This document shows positions 34,510 to 45,900 of a stretch of DNA of 53,408 nucleotides, in pieces. The notes beneath the pieces were generated by a model. That model worked only from the letters and a program-made list of their open reading frames with translations. It made no database searches and had not been told where the DNA came from. Position numbers and translations under genes: made by a program. Position 1 is the first letter of the stretch, and each line of letters starts with the position of its first letter. The DNA is from Emiliania huxleyi CCMP1516 (taxonomy: Eukaryota): assembly GCF_000372725.1 (NCBI RefSeq), contig NW_005201791.1, positions 62,001 to 115,408 of the forward strand, written 5' to 3'.

Positions 34510-37500
34510 TCACGCCGCCTCCTCGGTGGCAAACGTGACGAGCAGCGCCTTCTGCGCGACGACGTCGCCCGCGGCGGCGTGCAGCACGTCGACGGTCGCC
34601 TCGGCGGCGGCGACGAGCGTGTGCTCCATCTTCATCGCCTGCACAACACGAGACAGGGCGGGCGCGGCTCAGAAGAAGGGGAGGGCGACACGCGCGCGCG
34701 TGCTCCAGCTTCATCGCGCCTCGAGCACCGCGACCGCCTCGCCCGGCGCGACGCGCTGGCCGGGGGCGACGAGCAGCTGCACGAGCTTGCCTGCGGGACA
34801 GCCGACACCCGCGTCTCCCTCGGGCGATCAAACAGCGAGACGGGCGCGGCCGCGCGCACCCGGCATCGGCGCGACAATCGGCCGTTGCACGGCTCCAGCC
34901 TCCGACGCCGCCGCCTCCGCCGCACGCGCCGCGGCCTGGGTGGCGACGTCCGAGACGGACACGCGCAGCTGCTCTCCGCCCACAAACAAGTGAACCTCGG
35001 CCGCGGCCTGAGGGCCAACGGTGGCGTGGCAATGAGGAGAGGGAGGAGGCGGGGCGAGGGGAGCCGGGGACGGCGATAGCGTGGCGAGAAGGAGAGGAGA
35101 GGAAGGGGGGGGGGGAGATGATCGTGCAGCACCGCAAGCTCGTGTTTGTAGCTGGTCATCTCTCCCCCCACCTCCCCCCACCCCACCCCCCCCTCCCCCC
35201 CATCTCGCGCACCGCGGGCTCATCCGTGGCTGGCCGCTCGATGAAGGCCGCGCCCCGCACGCTCTCGCCCCCAATCTGCGCGCGGAAGATGCGGCTCGCC
35301 CCAGCGGCAGACTCCTCCACCAGCTCGACCTACTCACCGACACGAGTTCATGACCGATCAAGGGCCCCCGCGGGTCCGCGAGACGGCCACCGGCAGCACC
35401 GCCTGCCCCTCGGACGGCCAATCTCGGGCAATCTCGGCAGCACCACCTGCCCCTCGGACGGGCAATCTCGGGCAATCTCGGCAGCACCGCCTGCCCCTCG
35501 GACGGGCAATCTCGGGCAATCTCGGGCAATCTCGGCAGCACCACCTGCCCCTCGGACGGGCAATCCGGCAGAATCTCGGCCAATCTCGGCAGCACCACCT
35601 GCCCCTCGGACGGCTGCCAGCCGTCCGCGCCGCCGCCGCCGCCGCCCTCGCCGCCCTCGACGCGGTACCCGTACGACGCGCCGCCCTCGCCGGCGCGCCA
35701 CAAGCGGAGCTGCATCGGCGCGCCCGCGGGCGCCCCCTCCTCGTCCGACGCCTGTAGGAGAAAGGAGAGACACAGCGGGTACACCACAAGAGAAGACGAG
35801 ACACACACCCTGCATCCTCGTCCGGCGCCTGCAGCAGCAGCGGCGAGGCGGCGGCGGAGGCCCCCCCTCCGCCTCCGGCAACAGACAAACCGCAGTGGGG
35901 GAACCCCAGCTTCTCAAACGGCAACGGCGGCCGGGCGGCGGCGGCGCCGCCGCCTTAACCGGCTTTCCCGGCGGGGGGCTGCTTTTCCCCCCCCCAGCAA
36001 ACGGCGGCGAGGGCCATCAAGTGCGGCGGCGGCGGCGGCGTGGGCGGGAAGAGGGCGTCGTGGTGCTGCGGAATGAAGGCGGTGTGCACCTCGCCGGCGA
36101 GGAACTGAGGCGTCTCGAGCACGCGCCTGGGAAAGACTCGCGCGCAGTCTCGGCGAATCTCGGCGAATCTCGGCGAATCTCGGCGAATCTCGAGCACCGC
36201 CTAAGAAAGCCTCGCGCACGGGCCCTCCGCCTCCGCCTCCGCCTACCCCTTCCCCCCCCCCCCCCCACTACCCCCCCCCCCCCCCTTTCTGAACGTCCCG
36301 AGCGCGCGCCGGCAAAAAGAGACGTTGGTCGGCAGCCCGACGGTCTGCCACTGGCCGAGGGCCGCGTGGAGGCGGCGGCACGCGGCGGCGCGGTCCGGGC
36401 CGCGCACAATCAGCTTGGCGACCATCGGGTCGTAAAAGACCGACACGTCGTCTCCTATACTCTCGGCACACTCCTGCGCTGGTCCCGTGGCGTCGTCGGG
36501 TCGTCCGCCCGACGCACAGCGCGTCGTCGCCGCGGACAAAGCCCATGTCGACCCGCGTCGCGAGGCCGTCTGTGGAGGCGCGCACCTACCAGCCACCACG
36601 CACGACTCCACCCCCTCGGCGCGCGCCGCGACGCCGTCTGCGCATGCGCCGCACCTCTCTCGGGCCCTCTCGGGTGCTCTCGGGCCCTCTCGGGTGCTCT
36701 CGGGTCCTCTCGGGCCCTCTCGGGTCCTCTCGGGTCCTCTCGGGCCCTCTCGGGTGCTCTCGGGCCCTCTCGGGTGCTCTCGGGTGCTCTCGGGCCCTCT
36801 CATTTCCTCTCGCCGCACCTCGGCGGGCGCGACGGTGACGCCCTCCTCGGGCGGCGTCGCCAGGTGGCGCAGCGTGCCCGAGGCGGGGAAGAAGTTGGAG
36901 GCGGGGCGCTCGGCGTAGATGCGCGCCTCGATCGAGTGGCCCGACAGGGAGAGCTCGGGCTGCGAGAGGGGGAGAGGCTCGCCGGCGGCGACGCGCAGCT
37001 GCCACTCGACCAAGTCGAGGCCTACGCGGGAGAGCAAGCGGGGGGCGGGGGGGGGGGTCAGGGGAGATGGCACGGAGCTCGGAGCTGCCAGCTCGACCGC
37101 GTCGACGCCGGTGATCATCTCCGTCACGGGGTGCTCGACCTGCAGCCGCGTGTTCATCTCCATAAAGTAAAAGTGGTTTGGCGCGCTCGCGTCGGCGATG
37201 AACTCGACGGTGCCCGCGCCGACGTAGTCCACCTATGACCAAGGAGAAGGGGCGGGTGGCGAAGCTCATCGTCGCGGTGCAGGCCCTCGCGCCGACGTAG
37301 CCAACCGCACGCGCCGCGCGCACGGCGGCAGCACCAAGCGACTCTCGCAGCTCCGGCGAGACTCCGGGTGCGGGCGCCTCCTCCAGCACCTGTGGGGGAG
37401 ATAGGGGGAGATATGGGGAGATCGGGGCGGGGCGGGGGGGGGTATGGGGCGCGGGCGCCTCGTCCAGCACCGTTTGGTGGCGGCGGCGAGGGCGGGGGTG

Positions 37501-38972
37501 GGCTTGGAGGTGGGGGCGATGGAGGGGCGGGCTCGGCGGAGGCGGCGACGGAGGCGGTGGGCTCGGCGGCGGGGAGGGAGGCGGCGGGGAGGGCGGGGGT
37601 GGGGTGGGCGGACCTTTTGGTGGCGGCGCTGGACGGAGCAGTCGCGCTCGAAGAGGTGGACCGCGCCGCCGAGGCTGTCGCAGAAGACTTGCACCTGCCG
37701 GGAAGAGGGGAGGGGGGGGGGGGGGAGGCGGGTGGGGTGGGGTTTGGTTGATTTTGCGACGGGAAAAGGCGGGGGAGGTTTCAACAAGAACTTTCCTCCC
37801 CCCCTGCGGGAACTTTTCCCAGGCCCCCCCCCCTCGCAAAAGGAAATTCTCGGGGGAGATCTGGGGGAGATCTGGGGGAGATCTGCGGGCAGATCCGCGG
37901 GGAGAAGAAGACGTGCACACCTCGATGTGTCGTGCCGAGTCGAGATAGCGCTCGACCAGCAGCCGCGCGTCGCCAAAGGAGGCCGCCGCCTCGCGCTGTG
38001 CCGACTCGATCGCGGCGAGCAGCTCGCCTGTTCGCCCGGTGGCTGCTGGCGCAGACATCCGTTCACCCTCGGCCCGCCCTCGCAAGCTCGCCCTGCGAGC
38101 GCACGATGCGCATCCCCACCATACCTCCCCATATCTCCGCCAGATCTCGGCTAGATCTCGCCCTGCGAGCGCACGATGCGCATCCCCTTGCCGCCGCCGC
38201 CCAGCACCGCCTTGAGCGNNNNNNNNNNNNNNNNNNNNNNNNNNNNNNNNNNNNNNNNNNNNNNNNNNNNNNNNNNNNNNNNNNNNNNNNNNNNNNNNNN
38301 NNNNNNNNNNNNNNNNNNNNNNNNNNNNNNNNNNNNNNNNNNNNNNNNNNNNNNNNNNNNNNNNNNNNNNNNNNNNNNNNNNNNNNNNNNNNNNNNNNNN
38401 NNNNNNNNNNNNNNNNNNNNNNNNNNNNNNNNNNNNNNNNNNNNNNNNNNNNNNNNNNNNNNNNNNNNNNNNNNNNNNNNNNNNNNNNNNNNNNNNNNNN
38501 NNNNNNNNNNNNNNNNNNNNNNNNNNNNNNNNNNNNNNNNNNNNNNNNNNNNNNNNNNNNNNNNNNNNNNNNNNNNNNNNNNNNNNNNNNNNNNNNNNNN
38601 NNNNNNNNNNNNNNNNNNNNNNNNNNNNNNNNNNNNNNNNNNNNNNNNNNNNNNNNNNNNNNNNNNNNNNNNNNNNNNNNNNNNNNNNNNNNNNNNNNNN
38701 NNNNNNNNNNNNNNNNNNNNNNNNNNNNNNNNNNNNNNNNNNNNNNNNNNNNNNNNNNNNNNNNNNNNNNNNNNNNNNNNNNNNNNNNNNNNNNNNNNNN
38801 NNNNNNNNNNNNNNNNNNNNNNNNNNNNNNNNNNNNNNNNNNNNNNNNNNNNNNNNNNNNNNNNNNNNNNNNNNNNNNNNNNNNNNNNNNNNNNNNNNNN
38901 NNNNAGAAGGCGCGGCCCCCGGGTCCGGTCGTCAGGGGAAGAAAACGGAAGAGGGAGAGAATGATATCGAGC

Positions 38973-39004
<32 letters not shown>

Positions 39005-39790
39005 GAGGGAGAGAGGGAGAGACCGAGAGAGAGAGGGAGAGAGAGAGAGAGAGAGAGAGATTCCTGCGCTCACGTGTGGCGTCTGAGGGCGTCTGCTAGC
39101 ACACCCTCGGGGGCTAGAGGTGTGTACAGCGTGTGGCAGGGCATGCGCCAGCAGTACCCCGTAGGGCCCGGGGGGGGGGGGGGGCGGTCTCGCGCAGACC
39201 AGTCCCGCCGTCTGCCCCGTGTGGGCCACAGCGAACAGCGCCTCGTGCGACCGCCTCTCGGCCGCCTCTCGGCCGCCTCTCGGCGGTCTCTCGGCCGCCT
39301 CTCGGCCGTCTCTCGGCCGCCTCTTGGCGGTCTCTCGGCGATCTCTCGGCGATCTCTCGGCGGTCTCTCGGCGATCTCTCGGCGGTCTCTCGGCAATCTC
39401 TCGGCAATCTCTCGGCAATCTCTCGGCAATCTCTCGGCAATCTCTCGGCAATCTCTCGGCAATCTCTCGGCAATCTCTCGGCAATCTCTCGGCGGTCTCT
39501 CGGCGGTCTCTCGGCTCTCTCTCGGCGGTCTCTCGGCGGTCTCTCGCCTCGGCGGACAGCGTCTCGTACGCCTGGTCCTCCCCGTGGTAGCCGGGCAGCA
39601 GCGGCACGCCCGCCGCCTCCATCAGCCGCTTGGCCGCGTCCTACACAAGCGGGGGGCGTCCGGGAAGAGGGTCGGAGGGGGCGGCCGCTCCCGCGCCCTC
39701 GCCGCGCGGACACAGGCTGCTGCTCCTTGGAGCCCATCGCGCGCATGGAGGAGCCGGGCGGGCCGATGAAGGACAGGCCCGCCGCCGCAA
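34510..39790 (-). CDS. MCCC1: Biotin carboxylase + biotin carrier subunit, methylcrotonyl-CoA carboxylase alpha-like; many introns, one gap, N-terminus missing
   Basis: [76 protein letters not shown] and EAMKM. Confidence 0.85.
38970..39060. repeat. Imperfect (GA)n microsatellite
   Basis: Visible. Confidence 0.85.
39250..39545. repeat. Intronic 11-bp minisatellite (GGCAATCTCTC and variants)
   Basis: Visible; similar 10-11 bp arrays at ~8309-8401, 29440-29495, 36655-36800 and 39960-40185. Confidence 0.9.
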
Positions 39791-41055
39791 CCTGCGGGAG
39801 GGGGGGGGCGGGGGGGCGGGGGGCGGGGGGGGTGGGGGCGGGGGGGGGGGAGGGGTGGAGGGAGAGGGAGAGAGGGAGAGAAATGCGCCTCGAGCGCAGC
39901 GAGGTCGAGTGGAAGGCGTGCGGCTCGACCTGCTCGCGCGCGAGCGTCTCGCGGACCTAATCTCGGGCGATCTCGGGCGATCTCGGGAGATCACGGGTGA
40001 TCTCGCGTGATCTCGGGTGATCTCGGACACTCTCGGGCGTTCTCCGTGTTCACGGCGCATGTCGGGTAATCTCGGGCAATCTCGAGTCGCCTCGCATGCA
40101 GATGGGCGATCTCGGTGTTAACGGGCGCGCATCGTAAGAGCATCAGTCAATCTCGGGCGATCTCGGTTGATCTCGGGCGATCTCTGCGAGCAAGAATCAT
40201 GCCTCTCAGTCATCTCGTAAATCTCACTCTCTCGAGTCACCTCGCGCGCCGCGTGGTCGCCGTCCTGGCACTCCTCCGCGCCGGCACAGACCTCCTGGCA
40301 GGGGGGGGAGGGGGGTGGGTGGGGGGGAGCGGTGGCAATGTGAGCGTTGTGTCGGTGGGTGGCGGTGGCGGTGGCGAGGGTGGCGGAGGGAAGGGAGGAG
40401 GCCGCGGCGGCGGCGGGGCGGCGGCGCGCACCGGTGGTGTCGGCGATCGGCTCGCGCACCGGTGGTGTCGCATCGACGACGCGCACACCCTGGCCGACCC
40501 GCCTCCGGCCGCACCTCCCAGCAACGCGCTCTCCGCAGCGCCCGACACGCCGCCGCGCCGTCGAGCGCAGCCGCCGGCGAAACGACCGCCGGCCGCTCAC
40601 CCCGCCTATGGGAAGAGGCGCGGGCGGCGTCGGACGCGATCCGAGTGTGCGGTGGCACGGTGAGGGCCGGGCGATGGGCGGCAGTGCCGCAGGGCAGCGG
40701 CGGCGCTGCGCAGGCGAGCGGCAGCGGCGGGCGTCGGCGCTGTCCTCGGCGCGGCCCGAGCGGCCCGCGGCGCTGTGCGCCGAGGCACCGGCCGCGGCCG
40801 GGGCACGTGCGTCGGGGAAACGACGCACCCGCTTCAGCGGCGGCCGACCAGGCAGCATTCTGCCGCAGAGTCGGCTCCGTCCGGTAAGAAGAATTCGGGC
40901 GGAAGGCGGCCTCTTTGTATGTTTTTTCCTTTTGGGGCATTGAAGAGTTTGTGCCTGTGTGTGGTCCGACGCGGTGCCCCTTTTTGTTCTTGGTTTCCCA
41001 CACAGCTGGGCTTCGCGGGCTTCCAGCCAGGGTACGGCGGTTCTGACTGAAAGGC

Positions 41056-41178
41056 GGCGCCGGCGGGCGTTCGCGCCAAAATAGATGCAAACCAACCGCG
41101 GTTGGTTTGCATCTATTTTGGCGCCGGCGGGCGTTCGCGCCAAAATAGATGCAAACCTACCGCGGTAGGTTTGCATCT
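41056..41178. repeat. Tandem pair of perfect palindromes (52 bp and 32 bp)
   Basis: 41073-41124 and 41147-41178, both centred on CCGCGG, 64-bp period. Confidence 0.9.
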
Positions 41179-41321
41179 TGTGAAAAAGAAACCCATAATC
41201 ATGATGAGCCCCAAACCGGGGGGATGTATTGTTCTCCCTGGCGTGCGCGAGTCGCTCGTCCTAGGGAGCGAACTAGTGCGAGTCACTAGTGTACTCGAAT
41301 GCAAGCGAAGGGTAGCTCTCG

Positions 41322-41356
<35 letters not shown>

Positions 41357-41859
41357 TCTCGCTACTGCTGTTGCTGTTGAAGCTGCTGTCTAGTCGCTAT
41401 GCAATTGTCGCTGTCTGTTAGCTACGGTTGCTGTGCTAACGTGCGCATCGTGTTCACGCACACCGCACCACTTTCCGCCCCCGAAGGATAGGAGTGGTGC
41501 ATTCGGGTGCGCATCGTGTTCACGCACGTGTGTGTGCTACCGCAGAGTGGCCTGGAGGCGACAGATTGCTTCGTAGAAGCGCTCCTATGCCTTGTCCCCG
41601 GGAGGTGTCGCAGCGTGCGAGCGGTCGTCGTCGCTCCGAGCTGGCCAAGCGTATTGGCGGGTCGCCTCACGCTTGACCTGCTGGAGTACCGCTCGCACGC
41701 CGCCCCGGGGTGGCGGGGTGGTGGTCCCTGCGAGACCACCAGACGCCGTGACTCACGGGAGGGGCAGCCAAGCCCTCCACGTGCTCCACGACGCCACCCG
41801 CCTACTAGCGTTTCGTGTGAGCTACGGGCGGCGTGCAGGCTCGCTGAGCGCATCTCGCT

Positions 41860-44800
41860 GAGGCAGCTGTGAACGCACGCGGCTGAGCGAGCTCGGCAGA
41901 GCGATTGTCTCATCTCTTGAGCGAAATTGCGATCTCGCCATCGTGCCATGCAGCGGCACAAGTCGAGCTGTGAACACGCGGTGTGAATGAGCTCGGCAGC
42001 GAGATTGTCTCATCTCTTGAGCGAGATTGTGATCTCGCGATATGAACGAGATTGTGATCTCGCGCTAGCGCTCGCGATGGGCCTTGCCATGTATCGATCA
42101 CATGGCGAGCTCGGCAGAGAGAGTGTCTCACCTCTTGAGCGAGAGATTAGCATCTCGCTATAGTGCCATGCAGCGGCACAAGTCGAGCTGTGAACACGCG
42201 GTGTGAACGAGCTCGGCAGGGAGATTGTCTCATCTCTGGAGCGAGAGATTAGCATCTCGGGATAGTGCCATGCATCTCTTGAGCGAGAGATTGGCATCTC
42301 GCTATAGTGCCATGCAGCGGCACAAGTCGAGCTATGAACACGCGGTGTGAACGAGCTCGGCAGGGAGATTGTCTCATCTCTTGAGCGAGAGATAAGCATC
42401 TCGCTATAGTGCCATGCAGCGGCACAAGTCGAGCTGTGAACACGCGGTGTGAACGAGCTCGGCAGGGAGATTGTCTCATCTCTGGAGCGAGAGATTAGCA
42501 TCTCGGGATAGTGCCATGCATCTCTTGAGCGAGAGATTGGCATCTCGCTATAGTGCCATGCGGCGGCACAAGTCGAGCTGTGAACACGCGGTGTGAGTGA
42601 ACGAGCTCGGCAGGGAGATTGTCTCATCTCTTGAGCGAGAGATTCGCATCTCGCTATAGTGCCATGCAGCGGCACAAGTCGAGCTGTGAACACGCGGTGT
42701 GAACGGGCTCGGCAGGGAGATTGTCTCATCTCTTTGAGCGAGAGATTAGCAGCTCGCTATAGTGCCATGCAGCGGCACAAGTTGAGCTGTGAGCACGCGG
42801 TGTGAACGAGCTCGGCAGGGAGATCGTCTCATCTCTTGAGCGAGAGATTAGCACCTCGCTTAGTGCCATGCAGCGGCACAAGTCGAGCTGTGAACACGCG
42901 GTGTGAACGAGCTCGGCAGGGAGATTGTCTCATCTCTGAAGCGAGAGATTAGCATCTCGCTATAGTGCCATGCAGCGGCACAAGTCGAGCCGTGAACACG
43001 CGGTGTGAACGAGCTCGGCAGGGAGATTGTCTCTTCTCTTGAGCGAGAGATTAGCATCTCGCTATAGTGCCATGCAGCGGCACAAGTTGAGCTGTGAACA
43101 CGCGGTGTGAACGAGCTCGGCAGGGAGATTGTCTCATCTCTTGAGCGAGAGATTAGCATTTCGCTATAGTGCCATGCAGCGGCACAAGTCGAGCTGTGAA
43201 CACGCGGTGTGAACGAGCTCGGCAGGGAGATTGTCTCATCTCTTGAGCGAGAGATTAGCATCTCGCTAGAGTGCCATGCAGCGGCACAAGTCGAGCTGTG
43301 AACACGCGGTGTGAACGAGCTCGGCGGGGAGATTGTCTCATCTCTTGAGCGAGAGATTAGCATCTCGCTATAGTGCCATGCAGCGGCACAAGTCGAGCTG
43401 TGAACACGCGGTGTGAACGAGCTCGGCGGGGAGATTGTCTCATCTCTGGAGCGAGAGATTAGCATCTCGCTATAGTGCCATGCAGCGGCACAAGTCGAGC
43501 TGTGAACACGCGGTGTGAACGAGCTCGGCAGGGAGATTGTCTCATCTCTTGAGCGAGAGATTAGCATCTCGCTATAGTGCCATGCAGCGGCACAAGTCGA
43601 GCTGTGAACACGCGGTGTGAACGAGCTCGGCAGGGAGATTGTCTCATCTCTGGAGCGAGAGATTAGCACCTCGCTATAGTGCCATGCAGCGGCACAAGTT
43701 GAGCAGTGAACACGCGGTGTGAGCTCGGCAGGGAGATTGTCTCATCTCTTGAGCGAGAGATTAGCATCTCGCTATAGTGCCATGCAGCGGCACAAGTCGA
43801 GCTGTGAACACGCGGCGTGAACGAGCTCGGCAGGGAGATTGTCTCATCTCTGGAGCGAGAGATTAGCACCTCGCTATAGTGCCATGCAGCGGCACAAGTG
43901 GAGCCGTGAACACGCGGTGTGAACGAGCTCGGCAGGGAGATTGTCTCATCTCTGGAGCGAGAGATTAGCATCTCGCTATAGTGCCATGCAGCGGCACAAG
44001 TCGAGCTGTGAACACGCGGTGTGAACGAGCTCGGCGGGGAGATTGTCTCATCTCTGGAGCGAGAGATTAGCATCTCGCTATAGTGCCATGCAGCGGCACA
44101 AGTCGAGCTGTGAACACGCGGTGTGAACGAGCTCGGCGGGGAGATTGTCTCATCTCTTGAGCGAGAGATTAGCATCTCGCTATAGTGCCATGCAGCGGCA
44201 CAAGTCGAGCTGTGAACACGCGGTGTGAACGAGCTCGGCGGGGAGATTGTCTCATCTCTTGAGCGAGAGATTAGCATCTCGCTATAGTGCCATGCAGCGG
44301 CACAAGTCGAGCTGTGAACACGCGGTGTGAACGAGCTCGGCGGGGAGATTGTCTCATCTCTTGAGCGAGAGATTAGCATCTCGCTAGAGTGCCATGCAGC
44401 GGCACAAGTCGAGCTGTGAACACGCGGTGTGAACGAGCTCGGCAGGGAGATTGTCTCATCTCTGGAGCGAGAGATAAGCATCTCGCTATAGTGCCATGCA
44501 GCGGCACAAGTTGAGCTGTGAACACGCGGTGTGAACGAGCTCGGCAGGGAGATTGTCTCATCTCTGGAGCGAGAGACTAGCATCTCGCTAGTGCCATGCA
44601 GCGGCACAAGTCGAGCTGTGAACACGCGGTGTGAACGAGCTCGGCAGGGAGATTGTCTCATCTCTTGAGAGAGAGATCAGCATCTCGCTATAGTGCCATG
44701 CAGCGGCACAAGTCGAGCTGTGAACACGCGGTGTGAACGAGCTCGGAAGGGAGATTGTCTCATCTCTTGAGCGAGAGATTAGCATCTCGCTATAGTGCCA

Positions 44801-45900
44801 TGCAGCGGCACAAGTCGAGCTGTGAACACGCGGTGTGCACGAGCTCGGCGGGGAGATTGTCTCATCTCTTGAGCGAGAGATTAGCATCTCGGTATAGTGC
44901 CATGCATCGGTCTTGGGCGAGAGCTTGAGCGAGAGATTAGCATCTCGCTATAGTGCCATGCAGCGGCACAAGTCGAGCTGTGAACACGCGGTGTGAACGA
45001 GCTCGGCAGGGAGATTGTCTCATCTCTGGAGCGAGAGATTAGCATCTCGCTATAGTGCTATGCAGCGGCACAAGTTGAGCTGTGAACACGCGGTGTGAAC
45101 GAGCTCGGCAGGGAGATTGTCTCATCTCTTGAGCGAGAGATTAGCATCTCGCTATAGTGCCATGCAGCGGCACAAGTCGAGCCGTGAACACGCGGTGTGA
45201 ACGAGCTCGGCAGGGAGATTGTCTCATCTCTTGAGCGAGAGATAAGCATCTCGCTATAGTGCCATGCAGCGGCACAAGTCGAGCTGTGAACACGCGGTGT
45301 GAACGAGCTCGGCAGGGAGATTGTCTCATCTCTTGAGCGAGAGATTAGCATCTCGCTATAGTGCCATGCAGCGGCGCAAGTCGAGCTGTGAACACGCGGT
45401 GTGAACGAGCTCGGCAGGGAGATTGTCTCATCTCTGGAGCGAGAGATTAGCATCTCGCTATAGCGCCATGCAGCGGCACAAGTCGAGCTGTGAACACGCG
45501 GTGTGAACGAGCTCGGCAGGGAGATTGTCTCATCTCTTGAGCGAGAGATTAGCATCTCGCTATAGGGCCATGCAGCGGCACAAGTCGAGCTGTGAACACG
45601 CGGTGTGAACGAGCTCGGCAGGGAGATTGTCTCATCTCTGGAGCGAGAGATTAGCATCTCGCTATAGGGCCATGCAGCGGCACAAGTCGAGCTGTGAACA
45701 CGCGGTGTGAACGAGCTCGGCAGGGAGATTGTCTCATCTCTGGAGCGAGAGATTAGCATCTCGCTATAGTGCCATGCAGTGGCACAAGTCGAGCTGTGAA
45801 CACGCGGTGTGAACGAGCTCGGCGGGGAGATTGTCTCATCTCTTGAGCGAGAGATTAGCATCTCGCTATAGTGCCATGCAGTGGCACAAGTCGAGCTGTG
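41860..45900. repeat. Satellite array, 102-bp unit, about 40 copies
   Basis: Unit GAGCTGTGAACACGCGGTGTGAACGAGCTCGGCAGGGAGATTGTCTCATCTCTTGAGCGAGAGATTAGCATCTCGCTATAGTGCCATGCAGCGGCACAAGTC. Confidence 0.97.

Noticed and set aside
41860..45900. CRISPR array, or a protein made of 34-aa repeats
   Set aside because: Units are wholly repeated with no unique spacers and no cas genes. The ORFs follow from 102 being a multiple of 3 and are broken by indels and stops.
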